This document shows, piece by piece, positions 9,430 to 18,556 of a stretch of 32,000 bases of DNA. The notes below the pieces were generated by a model, which ran no database searches, was not told the DNA's origin, and saw nothing but the letters and a program-made list of their open reading frames with translations. This DNA is from Pseudodesulfovibrio mercurii (GTDB lineage: Bacteria > Desulfobacterota > Desulfovibrionia > Desulfovibrionales > Desulfovibrionaceae). The DNA is taken from NCBI RefSeq assembly GCF_000189295.2, contig NC_016803.1:90001-122000 (forward strand), in the 5' to 3' direction. How positions within the stretch are numbered: position 1 is the first letter of the stretch; each line of letters opens with the position of its first letter. The translations under genes were made by a program, and so were the position numbers.

Positions 9430-10407
9430 CTAGCCCAGGTAGAAGGCGTCGTCCGGCAGCTTGCCGCCCGTCAGTTTGGGCGACAGCTCCATCAGGGCCT
9501 TGTAGTAAAATTCCAGGTCCTTGCGGGCCTCGGCGGCGGGGAGACGCCGGATGGGGAAGGTCTCCAGGGATTTTTGCAGGACCGGGGCCTTGAGCCCGAA
9601 GAAGTCGGCGGACTGTTGGGCGGCCTCGGCCGGGTGGGCGTTGATCCAGTCCACGGCCTGGCCGATGCCGGTCCGGAGCGCGGCCACGGTCTGCGGTTCC
9701 TTCTCCGCCATGGAGGCCTGGCAGATGGTCCCGCCCAGGGGCAGGAACAGGGTGTTGCCGGTGACCTTTTCCCAGACGTCCTGGAGCACGATGCGGTGCA
9801 GCTCCATGCCGGACGCCTTGGCCTTGAGCACGGCCGCCATGGCCGCCGGCTCGGGCAGCAGGACCGTGTCCGCGCGCTTGGACAGAAGCATCTGCAACGC
9901 CTCGAATGGCGAGTCCGCGTAGGAAACGGTCATGTCCGCGTCCGGGTCGATGCCCTGCTTCGCGGCCAGGTAGCGGACGATGGTGTCCGGGATGTCCCCC
10001 CGGTAGAAGAGCAGGACCTTCTTGCCCTTGATGTCCGTGAAATCCTTGACGGACGGATCGCGGGTCAGGAGGCTGAGGATGCCGCCGTTGTTGACGTCCA
10101 GGAGGCGGACCGGCAGCCCTTTGTTGTACAGGATGGCGGCGGCGTTGGCCGGGGCGGCCGAGACCTGGGCCTCGCCCGAGACCATCCAGGCGCGCATGAT
10201 GTCCGGGTTGCGCCACTGCTTCATCTCCATTGCGGGCAGCCCGGCCGGGGACTGTTGGGCCAGGCGGACCAGGGGGAGGCTCAGGGGCGCGGGCGGGCCG
10301 GACAGGACCAGCTTTTCCGGTGCGGCCAGGACCCGGTGGGCGGACAGGAAGGGGAACAGGGCCAGGGCCCCGGCGCTCATGGAGAGAAAATGCCTGCGTG
10401 TGATCAT
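9430..10407 (-). CDS. NMT1/SsuA-like ABC substrate-binding protein with twin-arginine signal
   Basis: Start MITRRHFLSMSAGALALFPFLSAHRVLA at the ATG at 10407 (AAGGAAG upstream). The body resembles SsuA/NMT1 binding proteins. First gene of the minus-strand ABC operon. Confidence 0.8.
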   Translation of the reverse strand: MITRRHFLSMSAGALALFPFLSAHRVLAAPEKLVLSGPPAPLSLPLVRLAQQSPAGLPAMEMKQWRNPDIMRAWMVSGEAQVSAAPANAAAILYNKGLPVRLLDVNNGGILSLLTRDPSVKDFTDIKGKKVLLFYRGDIPDTIVRYLAAKQGIDPDADMTVSYADSPFEALQMLLSKRADTVLLPEPAAMAAVLKAKASGMELHRIVLQDVWEKVTGNTLFLPLGGTICQASMAEKEPQTVAALRTGIGQAVDWINAHPAEAAQQSADFFGLKAPVLQKSLETFPIRRLPAAEARKDLEFYYKALMELSPKLTGGKLPDDAFYLG

Positions 10408-10637
10408 CGGTGGACTTCCTTGCAAAAGGGGTTGGGCGTGGATGTTTCGACGGGCGGCGGGCGTCCTGACCGGCACACGGGATGGCTCGGCGGATTCCGT
10501 CGGCGAATGGCGTAAGTATGTAATGGCGGGGACGGACCGGCAACGTCGTCACGGAAATATGTATACGCGTGACATATGATCCCCGGACCCAAGGTCGGGG
10601 CTGGGCCGGGGGGCGGCGGGGAGACCCTTGGGCCGGG

Positions 10638-12032
10638 CTATTTCCTGTTGCGCCGGATGCCCGCCAGGGAGAGATGGCGGTAGATGCTCGGCACGCTCAG
10701 GCCCGACAACCGGCTGGCCTCGGGGATGTCGAAGTCGCAGATGTCCATGAGCTGGCGGAAGTAGGCCTGGTCGCGCAACGCCTTGTAGTCGTTGTAGGCC
10801 TGGATGGGGCCGTCCGTGGCCTGGTTCGGCTGGGGCCGGGCCGGGGCGCGCTTGGGCTTGGCCCGGTCCAGGGAGGAGACGCGGATGTGGCCGGGCAGGT
10901 GCTTGGGATAGATGACCGGCTCCTGTCCGGCGGCGATGACCGCCGCCTCCATGACGTTGCCCAGTTCGCGGACGTTGCCGGGCCATGTGTAGGGGTGCAG
11001 GACGCGGGCCAGCTGCTTGGAGAACTGCTTGGGGGGCAGGCGGTAGCGTTCGCAGGCCGACTTGGCGAAGTGGCGGGCCAGGAGGATGACGTCCTGGTCG
11101 CGCTCGCGCAGGGGCGGCAGGGAGATTTCCAGGGTGCGCAGCCGGAAGAGCAGGTCCGAGCGGAAGGTCCCGGTCCGGGTCATGGCCTCCAGGTCGCGGT
11201 TGGTGGCGGCCATGAGCCGGAAGTCGCTGGCCTGTTCGCGGGAGGAGCCCACGGGCCGGAAGCGGTGCTCCTGGAGCACGCGCAGGAAGGACTTCTGCAG
11301 GGAGGGCGGCAGCTCGCCGATCTCGTCCAGGAACAGGGTGCCGCCGTCGGCCTCGGCCACCAGCCCCCGGTGGTCGGTCATGGCCCCGGTGAAGGCCCCC
11401 TTGACGTGGCCGTAGAGCACGCTTTCGAGCAGGGTCTCGGTCAGGTTGGAGCAGTCCACGACCACGAAGGGCTTGTCGCGGCGGGCGCTGTTGCGGTGGA
11501 TGGCCTGGGCGGCCAGCTCCTTGCCCGCCCCGGTCTCGCCGAGGATGAGCACCCCGGCCTCGCTCTCGGCGGCCTTGGCCATGAGCTGTCGGACCCGGTC
11601 CATGGCCGGGGATTTGCCGATGATCCCGCCGTCGTCGAAGGTTCGGGCCGGTTGCTGGGCCGCGAACTTGTCGCTGCGGTACTTGAGGGCGCTCTCCAGG
11701 GACGCCTTGAGGACCGAGGGCGTGGCCGGTTTTTGGATGTAGTCCCAGGCCCCGCTGGTCAGGGTCTCCTGGGCCCCGAAGTTGTCCTTCAGGCCGGTCA
11801 GGACGATGACCTCGGGCCCGCCGGGCGCGGCGGACAGCTCGTTGATGGACATGTGTCCGTCGCCGTCGGGCAGGTTCAGGTCCAGGTAGATGACGTCCAC
11901 GCCGCTGCGCGCCCGGACCAGCCCCCGGCTCAGGCTGTCGGCGGTCAGGATCTCGTGGCCGAGGTCGCCGAAGCAGCGGGACAGGCCGCTTCGGATGAGC
12001 TCGTCGTCGTCGATGATCAGTATGCGTGCCAT
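10638..12032 (-). CDS. Sigma-54-dependent response regulator (NtrC family: REC, AAA+ and Fis-type HTH domains)
   Basis: REC domain MARILIIDDDE...DVIYLDLNLPDGDG. AAA+ Walker A GETGAGKE. A GAFTGA loop in the sequence HVKGAFTGAM. ESxLFGH-like motif. C-terminal HTH EASRLSGLSVPSIYRHL. Confidence 0.9.
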   Translation of the reverse strand: MARILIIDDDELIRSGLSRCFGDLGHEILTADSLSRGLVRARSGVDVIYLDLNLPDGDGHMSINELSAAPGGPEVIVLTGLKDNFGAQETLTSGAWDYIQKPATPSVLKASLESALKYRSDKFAAQQPARTFDDGGIIGKSPAMDRVRQLMAKAAESEAGVLILGETGAGKELAAQAIHRNSARRDKPFVVVDCSNLTETLLESVLYGHVKGAFTGAMTDHRGLVAEADGGTLFLDEIGELPPSLQKSFLRVLQEHRFRPVGSSREQASDFRLMAATNRDLEAMTRTGTFRSDLLFRLRTLEISLPPLRERDQDVILLARHFAKSACERYRLPPKQFSKQLARVLHPYTWPGNVRELGNVMEAAVIAAGQEPVIYPKHLPGHIRVSSLDRAKPKRAPARPQPNQATDGPIQAYNDYKALRDQAYFRQLMDICDFDIPEASRLSGLSVPSIYRHLSLAGIRRNRK

Positions 12033-12039
12033 GGTCGTC

Positions 12040-13926
12040 CTACATGCGGAACTTGTTGACGTTTTCCACCAGCGTCCGGGGCGACATGGGCTTCATGACG
12101 AAGCCCGCCACCCCGGTGAGCCGGGCCTGGGCCTCCAGCCGGGCCTCCACGTGGCCGGTGCAGATGACCACCTTGGCGTCCGGAGCGTGTTCCAGGACGC
12201 GGGCGGCCATCTCCATGCCGGTCATGCCGGGCATGGACTGGTCCGTGACCACCAGGTCGAACCGCCCCTTGCCCCGGAAAAATTCCTTGAGACCCTCCTG
12301 TCCGCTGGAGGCCGTGAAGACCTCGTAGCCCGCGTCGCGCAGGACGCGCTGCATGGCCTGGAGGGCCCCGGCGTCGTCGTCCACCAGGAGCAGGCGGCCC
12401 GTTGACCGGGCGGCCGGGCGGGTTTCGCGGGCCAGGGTCTTGGTCTCCGGGGTGGCGGTGCAGGGCAGGTAGACCGTGAAGGTGGTCCCCCGGCCCGGCA
12501 CGGAGTCCACGTGGATGGTCCCGCCGTTGCAGGTCACGATGGCGTGGACCACGGCCAGCCCCATGCCCGTGCCGCCGCTCTTGCTCTTGCTCGTGTAGAA
12601 GGGCTCGAAGATGCGCTCCGCCGAGCCCGGCTCTATGCCGTGGCCCGTGTCCGACACGGTCAGGACCACGTGGTCGCCCAGGGCCAGGCCCGAGTGCGGG
12701 GCTTCCTTCTGCGAGTCCAGGTGCAGGTTGGACAGACGCACGGACAGGGTGCCGCCGCCGGGCATGGCCTGGACGGCGTTGCGGCAGAGGTTGAGCAGAA
12801 CCTGCTGGACCTGGGAGGGGTTGGCCAGGACGCAGTCGTTGTCCGCCGAGCAGTCCATGTCCAGGCGCACGTGGTCGGGCAGGGTGCCCTGCAGGATGGC
12901 CAGGTTCTCGCGGGCCAGGGGGGTCAGGTGCAGGGGCGAGCGGCTGACCTCCTGCTGGCGGCTGTACTCCAGGACCTGTTCGACCAGTTCCGAGGCCTTG
13001 TACGCGGCGCGCAGGGCCTCGGCCAGGGGGGCCTCCATGGGCGTGTTGTCCGCCTTGCCCAGGGCGTAGTCTACATTGAAGATGATCGGGACCAGGTTGT
13101 TGTTCAGGTCGTGGGCGATGCCGCCCGCAAGCACGCCGATGGCCCGCATCTTCTGGGCCTGGAACAGCTCCCGCTCCACCCGCTTCAGCTCGGTGATGTC
13201 CACCCCCAGCTCCATGACCAGGGGCTCCCCGTTCTCGTCCTCGAAGGGATAGTCGTAGATGTGGAAGGTCCGGCCCGCGTCGTCGGTGAACTGCCAGTCC
13301 ACGGGCTCGCCCGTGTCGAAGACCCGGAAGGTAGGGCAGTGGGGACAGGGGTCGTCGCGGCCGCCGAACATCTGGTAGCAGCGCCGCCCGCCCACCTCGC
13401 CGTAGAAGGCCAGGGTCTTCTTGTTGGCGTAGGCCACGGAGTAGTCGCGCCGCTGCATGTAGACGAACACGGGCAGCTCGTTGACCACGTCGAAGAAGAG
13501 CAGCCGGCCGCGCTCGCGGAGCATGTCCGACTGCCGCCGGAGGACCTTTTCGTCGCGCAGGGCCGCGCGCAGCCGCTCCACCTCGGCGTGGCGGTGGACC
13601 TCGACCACGATCTCGCCGCCGGGCAGGGGCACCAGGCGGCAGGAGGCCAGCTCCCGGTCCGGGGCCGACGGGTCGCCCATCTCCACCAACTGCTCCATGC
13701 CGGTCAGGGCCACCTGGGCCAGGCCGTCCTCGAGGACCCGCAGGAACCGGGCGTGGAAGGGCAGCTCGTCCGGCCGCCGCCCCTCTGGAAAGGGTGCGTC
13801 CGCCGGGAGCAGCCGGGTGAAGGCGTTGTTGGCATAGGCGATGACCCCGTCCGGGCCGAGCACGGCCATGGGGGTCGGGCTCTGCCGGGCGAAGAGCCGG
13901 AGATCGGAAGGTGCGGGTATCTGCAT
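12040..13926 (-). CDS. PAS-domain hybrid sensor histidine kinase (PAS-PAS-HisKA-HATPase-REC), cytoplasmic
   Basis: H-box GGIAHDLNNNL. N, G1 and G2 boxes (NLCRNAVQAM, DTGHGI, GGTGMGL). C-terminal receiver LLLVDDD...DLVVTDQSMPGMTG. No TM segments. The stop is 8 nt before the regulator gene. The start at 13926 has a weak RBS. Confidence 0.85.
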   Translation of the reverse strand: MQIPAPSDLRLFARQSPTPMAVLGPDGVIAYANNAFTRLLPADAPFPEGRRPDELPFHARFLRVLEDGLAQVALTGMEQLVEMGDPSAPDRELASCRLVPLPGGEIVVEVHRHAEVERLRAALRDEKVLRRQSDMLRERGRLLFFDVVNELPVFVYMQRRDYSVAYANKKTLAFYGEVGGRRCYQMFGGRDDPCPHCPTFRVFDTGEPVDWQFTDDAGRTFHIYDYPFEDENGEPLVMELGVDITELKRVERELFQAQKMRAIGVLAGGIAHDLNNNLVPIIFNVDYALGKADNTPMEAPLAEALRAAYKASELVEQVLEYSRQQEVSRSPLHLTPLARENLAILQGTLPDHVRLDMDCSADNDCVLANPSQVQQVLLNLCRNAVQAMPGGGTLSVRLSNLHLDSQKEAPHSGLALGDHVVLTVSDTGHGIEPGSAERIFEPFYTSKSKSGGTGMGLAVVHAIVTCNGGTIHVDSVPGRGTTFTVYLPCTATPETKTLARETRPAARSTGRLLLVDDDAGALQAMQRVLRDAGYEVFTASSGQEGLKEFFRGKGRFDLVVTDQSMPGMTGMEMAARVLEHAPDAKVVICTGHVEARLEAQARLTGVAGFVMKPMSPRTLVENVNKFRM

Positions 13927-14082
13927 TTCGATTTACATTTTTCTACATTTACGCTCTACGAACACTATAGTTATTTCGCAAAGTTTTTTCAATCATAATA
14001 AAATAGTCATTAATATACTGTTTTAATTTATATTTTACTCAAGAAGACTCTTTGTCTGCCAGTTAAATTTTCAATAATTCAA

Positions 14083-14115
14083 TTCTCGTTTTTAAGAATC
14101 GAGAACGAATCGAGA
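14083..14115. promoter_or_regulatory. Candidate enhancer (UAS) for the NtrC-type activator: inverted repeat TTCTCG-N11-CGAGAA overlapping a tandem GAATCGAGA repeat
   Basis: TTCTCG (14083-14088) pairs with CGAGAA (14100-14105). GAATCGAGA occurs at 14096-14104 and again at 14107-14115. The site lies ~100 bp upstream of the sigma-54 promoter, a typical bEBP distance. Confidence 0.3.
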
Positions 14116-14195
14116 TATGTCTAAGATGGAGTGCGCTGAGCAAATGATTACTTAACTAACTGATTTACTGTATTTTATTGAAAAACAGGCCAAAA

Positions 14196-14211
14196 TGGCA
14201 CGGCGATTGTA
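14196..14211 (+). promoter_or_regulatory. Sigma-54 (RpoN) -24/-12 promoter for the GS-like gene cluster
   Basis: TGGCACGGCGATTGTA versus consensus TGGCACG-N4-TTGCW: correct spacing, and only the -12 C is replaced by T. It sits 90 nt upstream of the ATG at 14301, next to a divergent sigma-54 activator gene. Confidence 0.6.
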
Positions 14212-14300
14212 CTAGATGAAAAAATCACATTGATGAAAATTGTCCGGATTCGGTCCGGGCGAGCGGTATCATAAAATTGCCAAAATGAGGGATTGAGACG

Positions 14301-15677
14301 ATGAGCCTGCCAAAACCATCTTCCATCGACAGCATCAAGAAGCAGATCCGGGATCATGACATCCAGTTCGTCCGTTTCGAGCAAGCGGACCTGTACGGCG
14401 TGTCCCGGAGCAAGACCGTGCCGGTCGGCGCGTTCATGGACTATATAGAGAACGGCCTGAACTTTTACGGCGGACTGCTCGGCCTGGACATCCAGTCCAT
14501 GGTCCCCAAGGGGACCGGGTACGCCGAGGAGGTGGCCTTCGAGGACCATTGCACGGTGCCGGACCTGTCCACCTTCACGGTCCTGCCCTGGGTGCCCAAC
14601 ACGGCCAACATCACCGTGGACCCCTACTGGTACGACGGCCGCCCGGCCATGGCCTCCCCGCGCCTGCTGCTCAAGAAGATCCTCGATGAGTTCGCCGCCA
14701 TGGGCTACATCTGCCGGTTGGGCTACGAGTTCGAGTTCTACGTGCTGGACAAGGAGACCAGGAAGCCGGTCTACGACGGACAGCCCATCTTCGTCACCCT
14801 CAAGAACAACTTCGACATCGACTATACCTACGACCTGATGCGCAAGATGGACCAGGCCGGGGTGCGGATCATCACCCAGAACTCCGAGCACGGGCCGGGA
14901 CAGCAGGAGATCAACCTGTACTACCAGGACGGCCTGCCCGCCGCGGACACCGCCTTCCTCTACAAGATGGGCTGCAAGGAGATTTCCCTGCAGCACGGCT
15001 ACATCGCCACCTGGCTGACCAAGCCGTTCATCAATTCCAGCGCCTCGGGCTCCCACTTCCACGTCTCCCTCATCGACAAGAAGACCGGCAAGAACGCCTT
15101 CAACGCCCCGGACGGCGAGTGCGGCCTGTCCGAGCTGGCGCGCGACTTCCTGGCGGGCATGCTCAAGCACGCCCGGGCCAACACCGTGTTCACCGCCCCG
15201 ACCATCAACTGCTATAAGCGCTACCGGGTCAATTCCTTCGCCCCGCACACCGCCACCTGGGGCATGGAGAACCGCACCGTGGGCATCCGCCTGAAGGGCT
15301 GCCGGGGCGAGTCCACCCATTTCGAGAACCGGCTGGCCTGCGGCGGGACCAACCCCTACCTTCTGGCCCTGTCCACCCTGGCCGCCGGCCTTGAGGGCAT
15401 CCGTTCCAAGCCGGAGTTGCCCGATCCGGTCCTGGGCATCGCCTACGACGATGAAACCCTGCCCAGGCTGCCGTTCACCCTGGACGAGGCCGTGGAGGCC
15501 TTCGAGCAGGACACGGACCTGCATGCCGTGCTCGACCCCGAGTTCATCAAGCTGGTCCTGGCCGTGAAGAAGTTCGAGGTCGAGACCGCCAGGGCCAAGT
15601 TCGCGGACTACGGTACCCCCGAATTCAACAATCGCGTCGATCCATGGGAGTGGGACTACTACATGGAACTGCTGTAG
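14301..15677 (+). CDS. Glutamine-synthetase-family gamma-glutamyl ligase (type I GS-like; PuuA/GmaS/IpuC-like)
   Basis: 458 aa with GS motifs NSEHGPGQQEINL, SGSHFHVSL, NCYKRY, WGMENRTVGIRL and the N-terminal beta-grasp region DIQFVRFEQADLYGVSR. Confidence 0.9.
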   Translation: MSLPKPSSIDSIKKQIRDHDIQFVRFEQADLYGVSRSKTVPVGAFMDYIENGLNFYGGLLGLDIQSMVPKGTGYAEEVAFEDHCTVPDLSTFTVLPWVPNTANITVDPYWYDGRPAMASPRLLLKKILDEFAAMGYICRLGYEFEFYVLDKETRKPVYDGQPIFVTLKNNFDIDYTYDLMRKMDQAGVRIITQNSEHGPGQQEINLYYQDGLPAADTAFLYKMGCKEISLQHGYIATWLTKPFINSSASGSHFHVSLIDKKTGKNAFNAPDGECGLSELARDFLAGMLKHARANTVFTAPTINCYKRYRVNSFAPHTATWGMENRTVGIRLKGCRGESTHFENRLACGGTNPYLLALSTLAAGLEGIRSKPELPDPVLGIAYDDETLPRLPFTLDEAVEAFEQDTDLHAVLDPEFIKLVLAVKKFEVETARAKFADYGTPEFNNRVDPWEWDYYMELL

Positions 15678-15765
15678 ACACCGCACCTCCCAACCCGGGG
15701 AGGGGGGCCTTCCTTCATCCTCCCTCCCCGTGCGGTGTTTTCGAACAGGAGCAACCGGAGCAACA

Positions 15766-16863
15766 ATGAGCACCATTCCCGTCATAGAACTGACCGGCAC
15801 CCCCTTCGAACGGGGCGTCGCCCACGGCCGGGCCCTCGGGGACCTGATCGCGGAGTTCGTGGAGTCCGTGACCTCGGTCCACCAGATGAACAACGGGTTC
15901 ATCCGCGTGGACAAGGACCGGCTCGAAACCTTTTGCATGAAGAATCTCGGCTTCCTCGAAAAGTTCTCCCCCGAGCTGGTGGAGGAGATGCGCGGCATCG
16001 CTGAGGGCGCGGGCGTGACCTTCAAGGAGATTCTCTACCTCAACTCCTTCCTGGAGCTGGAGGACCTGCGTGCGCCCGGCATCGGCGGCACGGTCCTGCC
16101 CGACGGCCTGTGGGGCTGCACCACCTTCAACGTCACCCGCGACGCCGGGGAGGGCGGCCGGGCCTACATCGGCCAGACCTACGACATGGAGAAATACTAC
16201 GAGAGGTTTCTCTGCCTGCTGCGCATCGTTCCGGAACAGGGCCCGGCCCAGCTGGTCATCTCGTTCGCGGGCATCCTCGGCCTGGTCGGCCTGAACGCGG
16301 CGGGCGTGGGCGCGGTCATCAACAAGGTCACGGCCACGGACGCCCGGCCCGGCGTGGTCTACCCGTTCATCATGCGCAGGGCGCTATCCAGCGAGCGCAT
16401 CGGCGACGCGCTGGGCGCGGCCATCTTCTCGCCGCGCGCGGGGGGCATCAACTACCAGTTCGCGGGAAGCGGGGTGGCCTTCTGCGCCGAGACCTCGGCC
16501 GCGTACTACCAGCTCCTCGACATCGACGGGTCCATCGCCCACACCAACCACTTCGTGGGCCGGGACATGCGCCGGTTCGAGACCCCCAACTGGCTGTCCC
16601 ACGGCGGGTCCATGGTGCGCAAGCAGGTGGCCGACAACTTCCTGAAGCGCCATCGCGGCGCCCTCAACCCCGAGAAGCTCAAGGAGCTGACCAGGGACCA
16701 CACCAATTATCCCCGGTGCATCTGCGCCCACGGGTTCCCCGGCGAGGACCCGAAGACGGCCTTCCACACGGTCTTCGCCGTGATCATGGACCCCGAGGCG
16801 GGGTGGCTGGAGCTGTGTTCCGGCAATCCCTGCGAGAATACCTACGAGCGCCACGTCCTCTGA
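15766..16863 (+). CDS. Peptidase C45 / acyl-CoA:6-aminopenicillanic acid acyltransferase-like Ntn hydrolase
   Basis: Start MSTIPVIELTGTPFERGVAHG with GGAG 5 nt upstream. Candidate autoprocessing and nucleophile site G-CTTF (Cys118, nt 16117-16119), as in the G/CTT site of the AAT family. Confidence 0.8.
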   Translation: MSTIPVIELTGTPFERGVAHGRALGDLIAEFVESVTSVHQMNNGFIRVDKDRLETFCMKNLGFLEKFSPELVEEMRGIAEGAGVTFKEILYLNSFLELEDLRAPGIGGTVLPDGLWGCTTFNVTRDAGEGGRAYIGQTYDMEKYYERFLCLLRIVPEQGPAQLVISFAGILGLVGLNAAGVGAVINKVTATDARPGVVYPFIMRRALSSERIGDALGAAIFSPRAGGINYQFAGSGVAFCAETSAAYYQLLDIDGSIAHTNHFVGRDMRRFETPNWLSHGGSMVRKQVADNFLKRHRGALNPEKLKELTRDHTNYPRCICAHGFPGEDPKTAFHTVFAVIMDPEAGWLELCSGNPCENTYERHVL

Positions 16864-16935
16864 CGCGGCGGTGAATCGGCTGATGTTCGGTAGCTGGCAA
16901 GCATTTTCAACATATTAAGCAAGCAGAGGTGTGCA

Positions 16936-18501
16936 ATGGAAACGAATGCGAAGTTGGAGAAGACCCTGAAAGAGTATGAGTCCGGCGGCATGACCCGCCG
17001 CTCGTTCCTCAAGACCATGACCACCCTGGGCGTGGCCGCGGCCGTGGCCAACGCCGTGGCCCTGTCGCCGCTGGGCGCGGTCAAGGCGTTCGCCGCCATC
17101 TCCGGTCCCGAGGAGCGCGCCTGGGCCCTGGCCAAGGTGGCTGCGGCCAAGGCCACGAAGAAGACCCTGACCCTGCTCATTCCCACCGGGTCCATCGGCA
17201 ACATGACCCCGTATGCCGACAAGTGGAAGAACGAACTCGGCATCACCCTGGAGTTCATCGAGGAGCCGGACGAGGTCGTCCACACCAAGGGCATGCAGGA
17301 GGCCGTGGCCAAGACCGGCCGGTACGACGTCATGATGCCCACGGCCATGTCCTATCCGGACTGGATCGACTCCGGCGTCATCTACGACCTGACCGACTGG
17401 ACCGAGAAGTACGACCCCGAGCTGTTCAACAAGGAATGGGGCGTGGTCTTCCCGGCCTCGCACCATGCCCAGCTGTACAACGGCCGCGTGGCCGGTCTGC
17501 TCAACGACGGCGACCAGATCACCCTGCTGTGCCGCAAGGACTACCTTGAGGATTCCGACAAGGCCAAGGCCTTCGAGGACAAGTTCGGCCGCAAGCTGGC
17601 CGTGCCCGACACCTGGAAGGAGTACTACGACCTGGCCTCCTTCATGCATGATCCGGCCAAGGGCTTCTACGGTTCCCTGGAATACCGCTCCCCGTACTAC
17701 GTCAAGTGGATGTTTATGCAGCGCCTCGTGTCCAAGGGCATGCTCTACTTCGACGGCGAGATGAACCCGACCTTCAATTCCGACGAAGGCGTGGCCGCCC
17801 TGGAAGACATGCTGGCCATGAACCAGTTCCTGCACCCGGACGCCTTCTCCTTCACCTGGTCCTCCAACTACAACGCCTTCGGCCGGGGCGAGGGCTTCAT
17901 GAACATCGTCTGGCCGTCCGGCTTCAAGTACTCCATGGCCCCGTCCACCGGCCCGGCCACCACCGGCAAGATCGCGGCCACCGTCATGCCCGCCGACTTC
18001 ACCAAGGACGGCACCAAGCTGTACGCGGGCATGTTCTGCTGGGGCTACGGCTACGCGGTCTCCAAGTATTCCGCCAACCCCGAGCTGGCCTACGCCTACT
18101 CCCAGTGGATGACCTCGCCGACCATCTCGGCCGACGCCATCCCGTACCTCGGCGGCTACTCCGACCCGTATCGCGTCAACCACATGCTCGAACCCACCAA
18201 GCGGCTGGTGGACACCTACACCAAGCCGTACCTGAACACCCTGTACAACAACATGGTCAACACCGTGCCCGACTTCTGCCTGCCCGGCGGCTTCGAGTAC
18301 CAGGACGCCCTGGACAAGGAGGTGCACGCCTGCATGACCGGTTCCAAGAAGCCCAAGGAGGCCCTGGAACAGGCCGCGCACAAGTTCGAGCGCATCACCC
18401 GCCGCATCGGCAAGGACAAGGTCAAGAAGGCCTGGATCGCCCTGACCTCCAACCTGGCCGCGCCCATCAAGAAGGCCGCGGGCGTGGACAACTGGAGCTA
18501 G
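16936..18501 (+). CDS. ABC substrate-binding protein, family 1 (sugar/polyamine type), twin-arginine signal
   Basis: GAGGTG RBS before the ATG at 16936. Tat-like motif GGMTRRSFLKTMTTLGVAAAVANA. 521 aa, long for SBP_bac_1. Followed by the cognate permeases. Confidence 0.85.
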   Translation: METNAKLEKTLKEYESGGMTRRSFLKTMTTLGVAAAVANAVALSPLGAVKAFAAISGPEERAWALAKVAAAKATKKTLTLLIPTGSIGNMTPYADKWKNELGITLEFIEEPDEVVHTKGMQEAVAKTGRYDVMMPTAMSYPDWIDSGVIYDLTDWTEKYDPELFNKEWGVVFPASHHAQLYNGRVAGLLNDGDQITLLCRKDYLEDSDKAKAFEDKFGRKLAVPDTWKEYYDLASFMHDPAKGFYGSLEYRSPYYVKWMFMQRLVSKGMLYFDGEMNPTFNSDEGVAALEDMLAMNQFLHPDAFSFTWSSNYNAFGRGEGFMNIVWPSGFKYSMAPSTGPATTGKIAATVMPADFTKDGTKLYAGMFCWGYGYAVSKYSANPELAYAYSQWMTSPTISADAIPYLGGYSDPYRVNHMLEPTKRLVDTYTKPYLNTLYNNMVNTVPDFCLPGGFEYQDALDKEVHACMTGSKKPKEALEQAAHKFERITRRIGKDKVKKAWIALTSNLAAPIKKAAGVDNWS

Positions 18502-18556
18502 AACGAGACTCCCAACAACCGAACCCGGCCCGGGGGCCATTCCCCGGGCCGGTCAG

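Noticed and set aside
10408-10637. Search for a sigma-54 promoter or terminator between the NtrC-type gene and the minus-strand ABC operon, including the ATATGT-N9-ACATAT inverted repeat at 10557-10577 and the CCCCGGACC/GGTCGGGG hairpin at about 10581-10600
   Set aside because: No GCAA-N5-GTGCCA pattern is present on the relevant strand. The hairpin is imperfect and lacks a T-tract. The short AT-rich inverted repeat may be an operator, but this cannot be judged from sequence alone.
16895-16910. Sigma-54-like element TGGCAAGCATTTTCAA in the 72-bp gap before the SBP gene
   Set aside because: The -24 TGGCA is present, but the -12 element reads TTCA instead of TTGC, so the conserved G is lost. 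It could be a weak internal promoter, but the support is insufficient.
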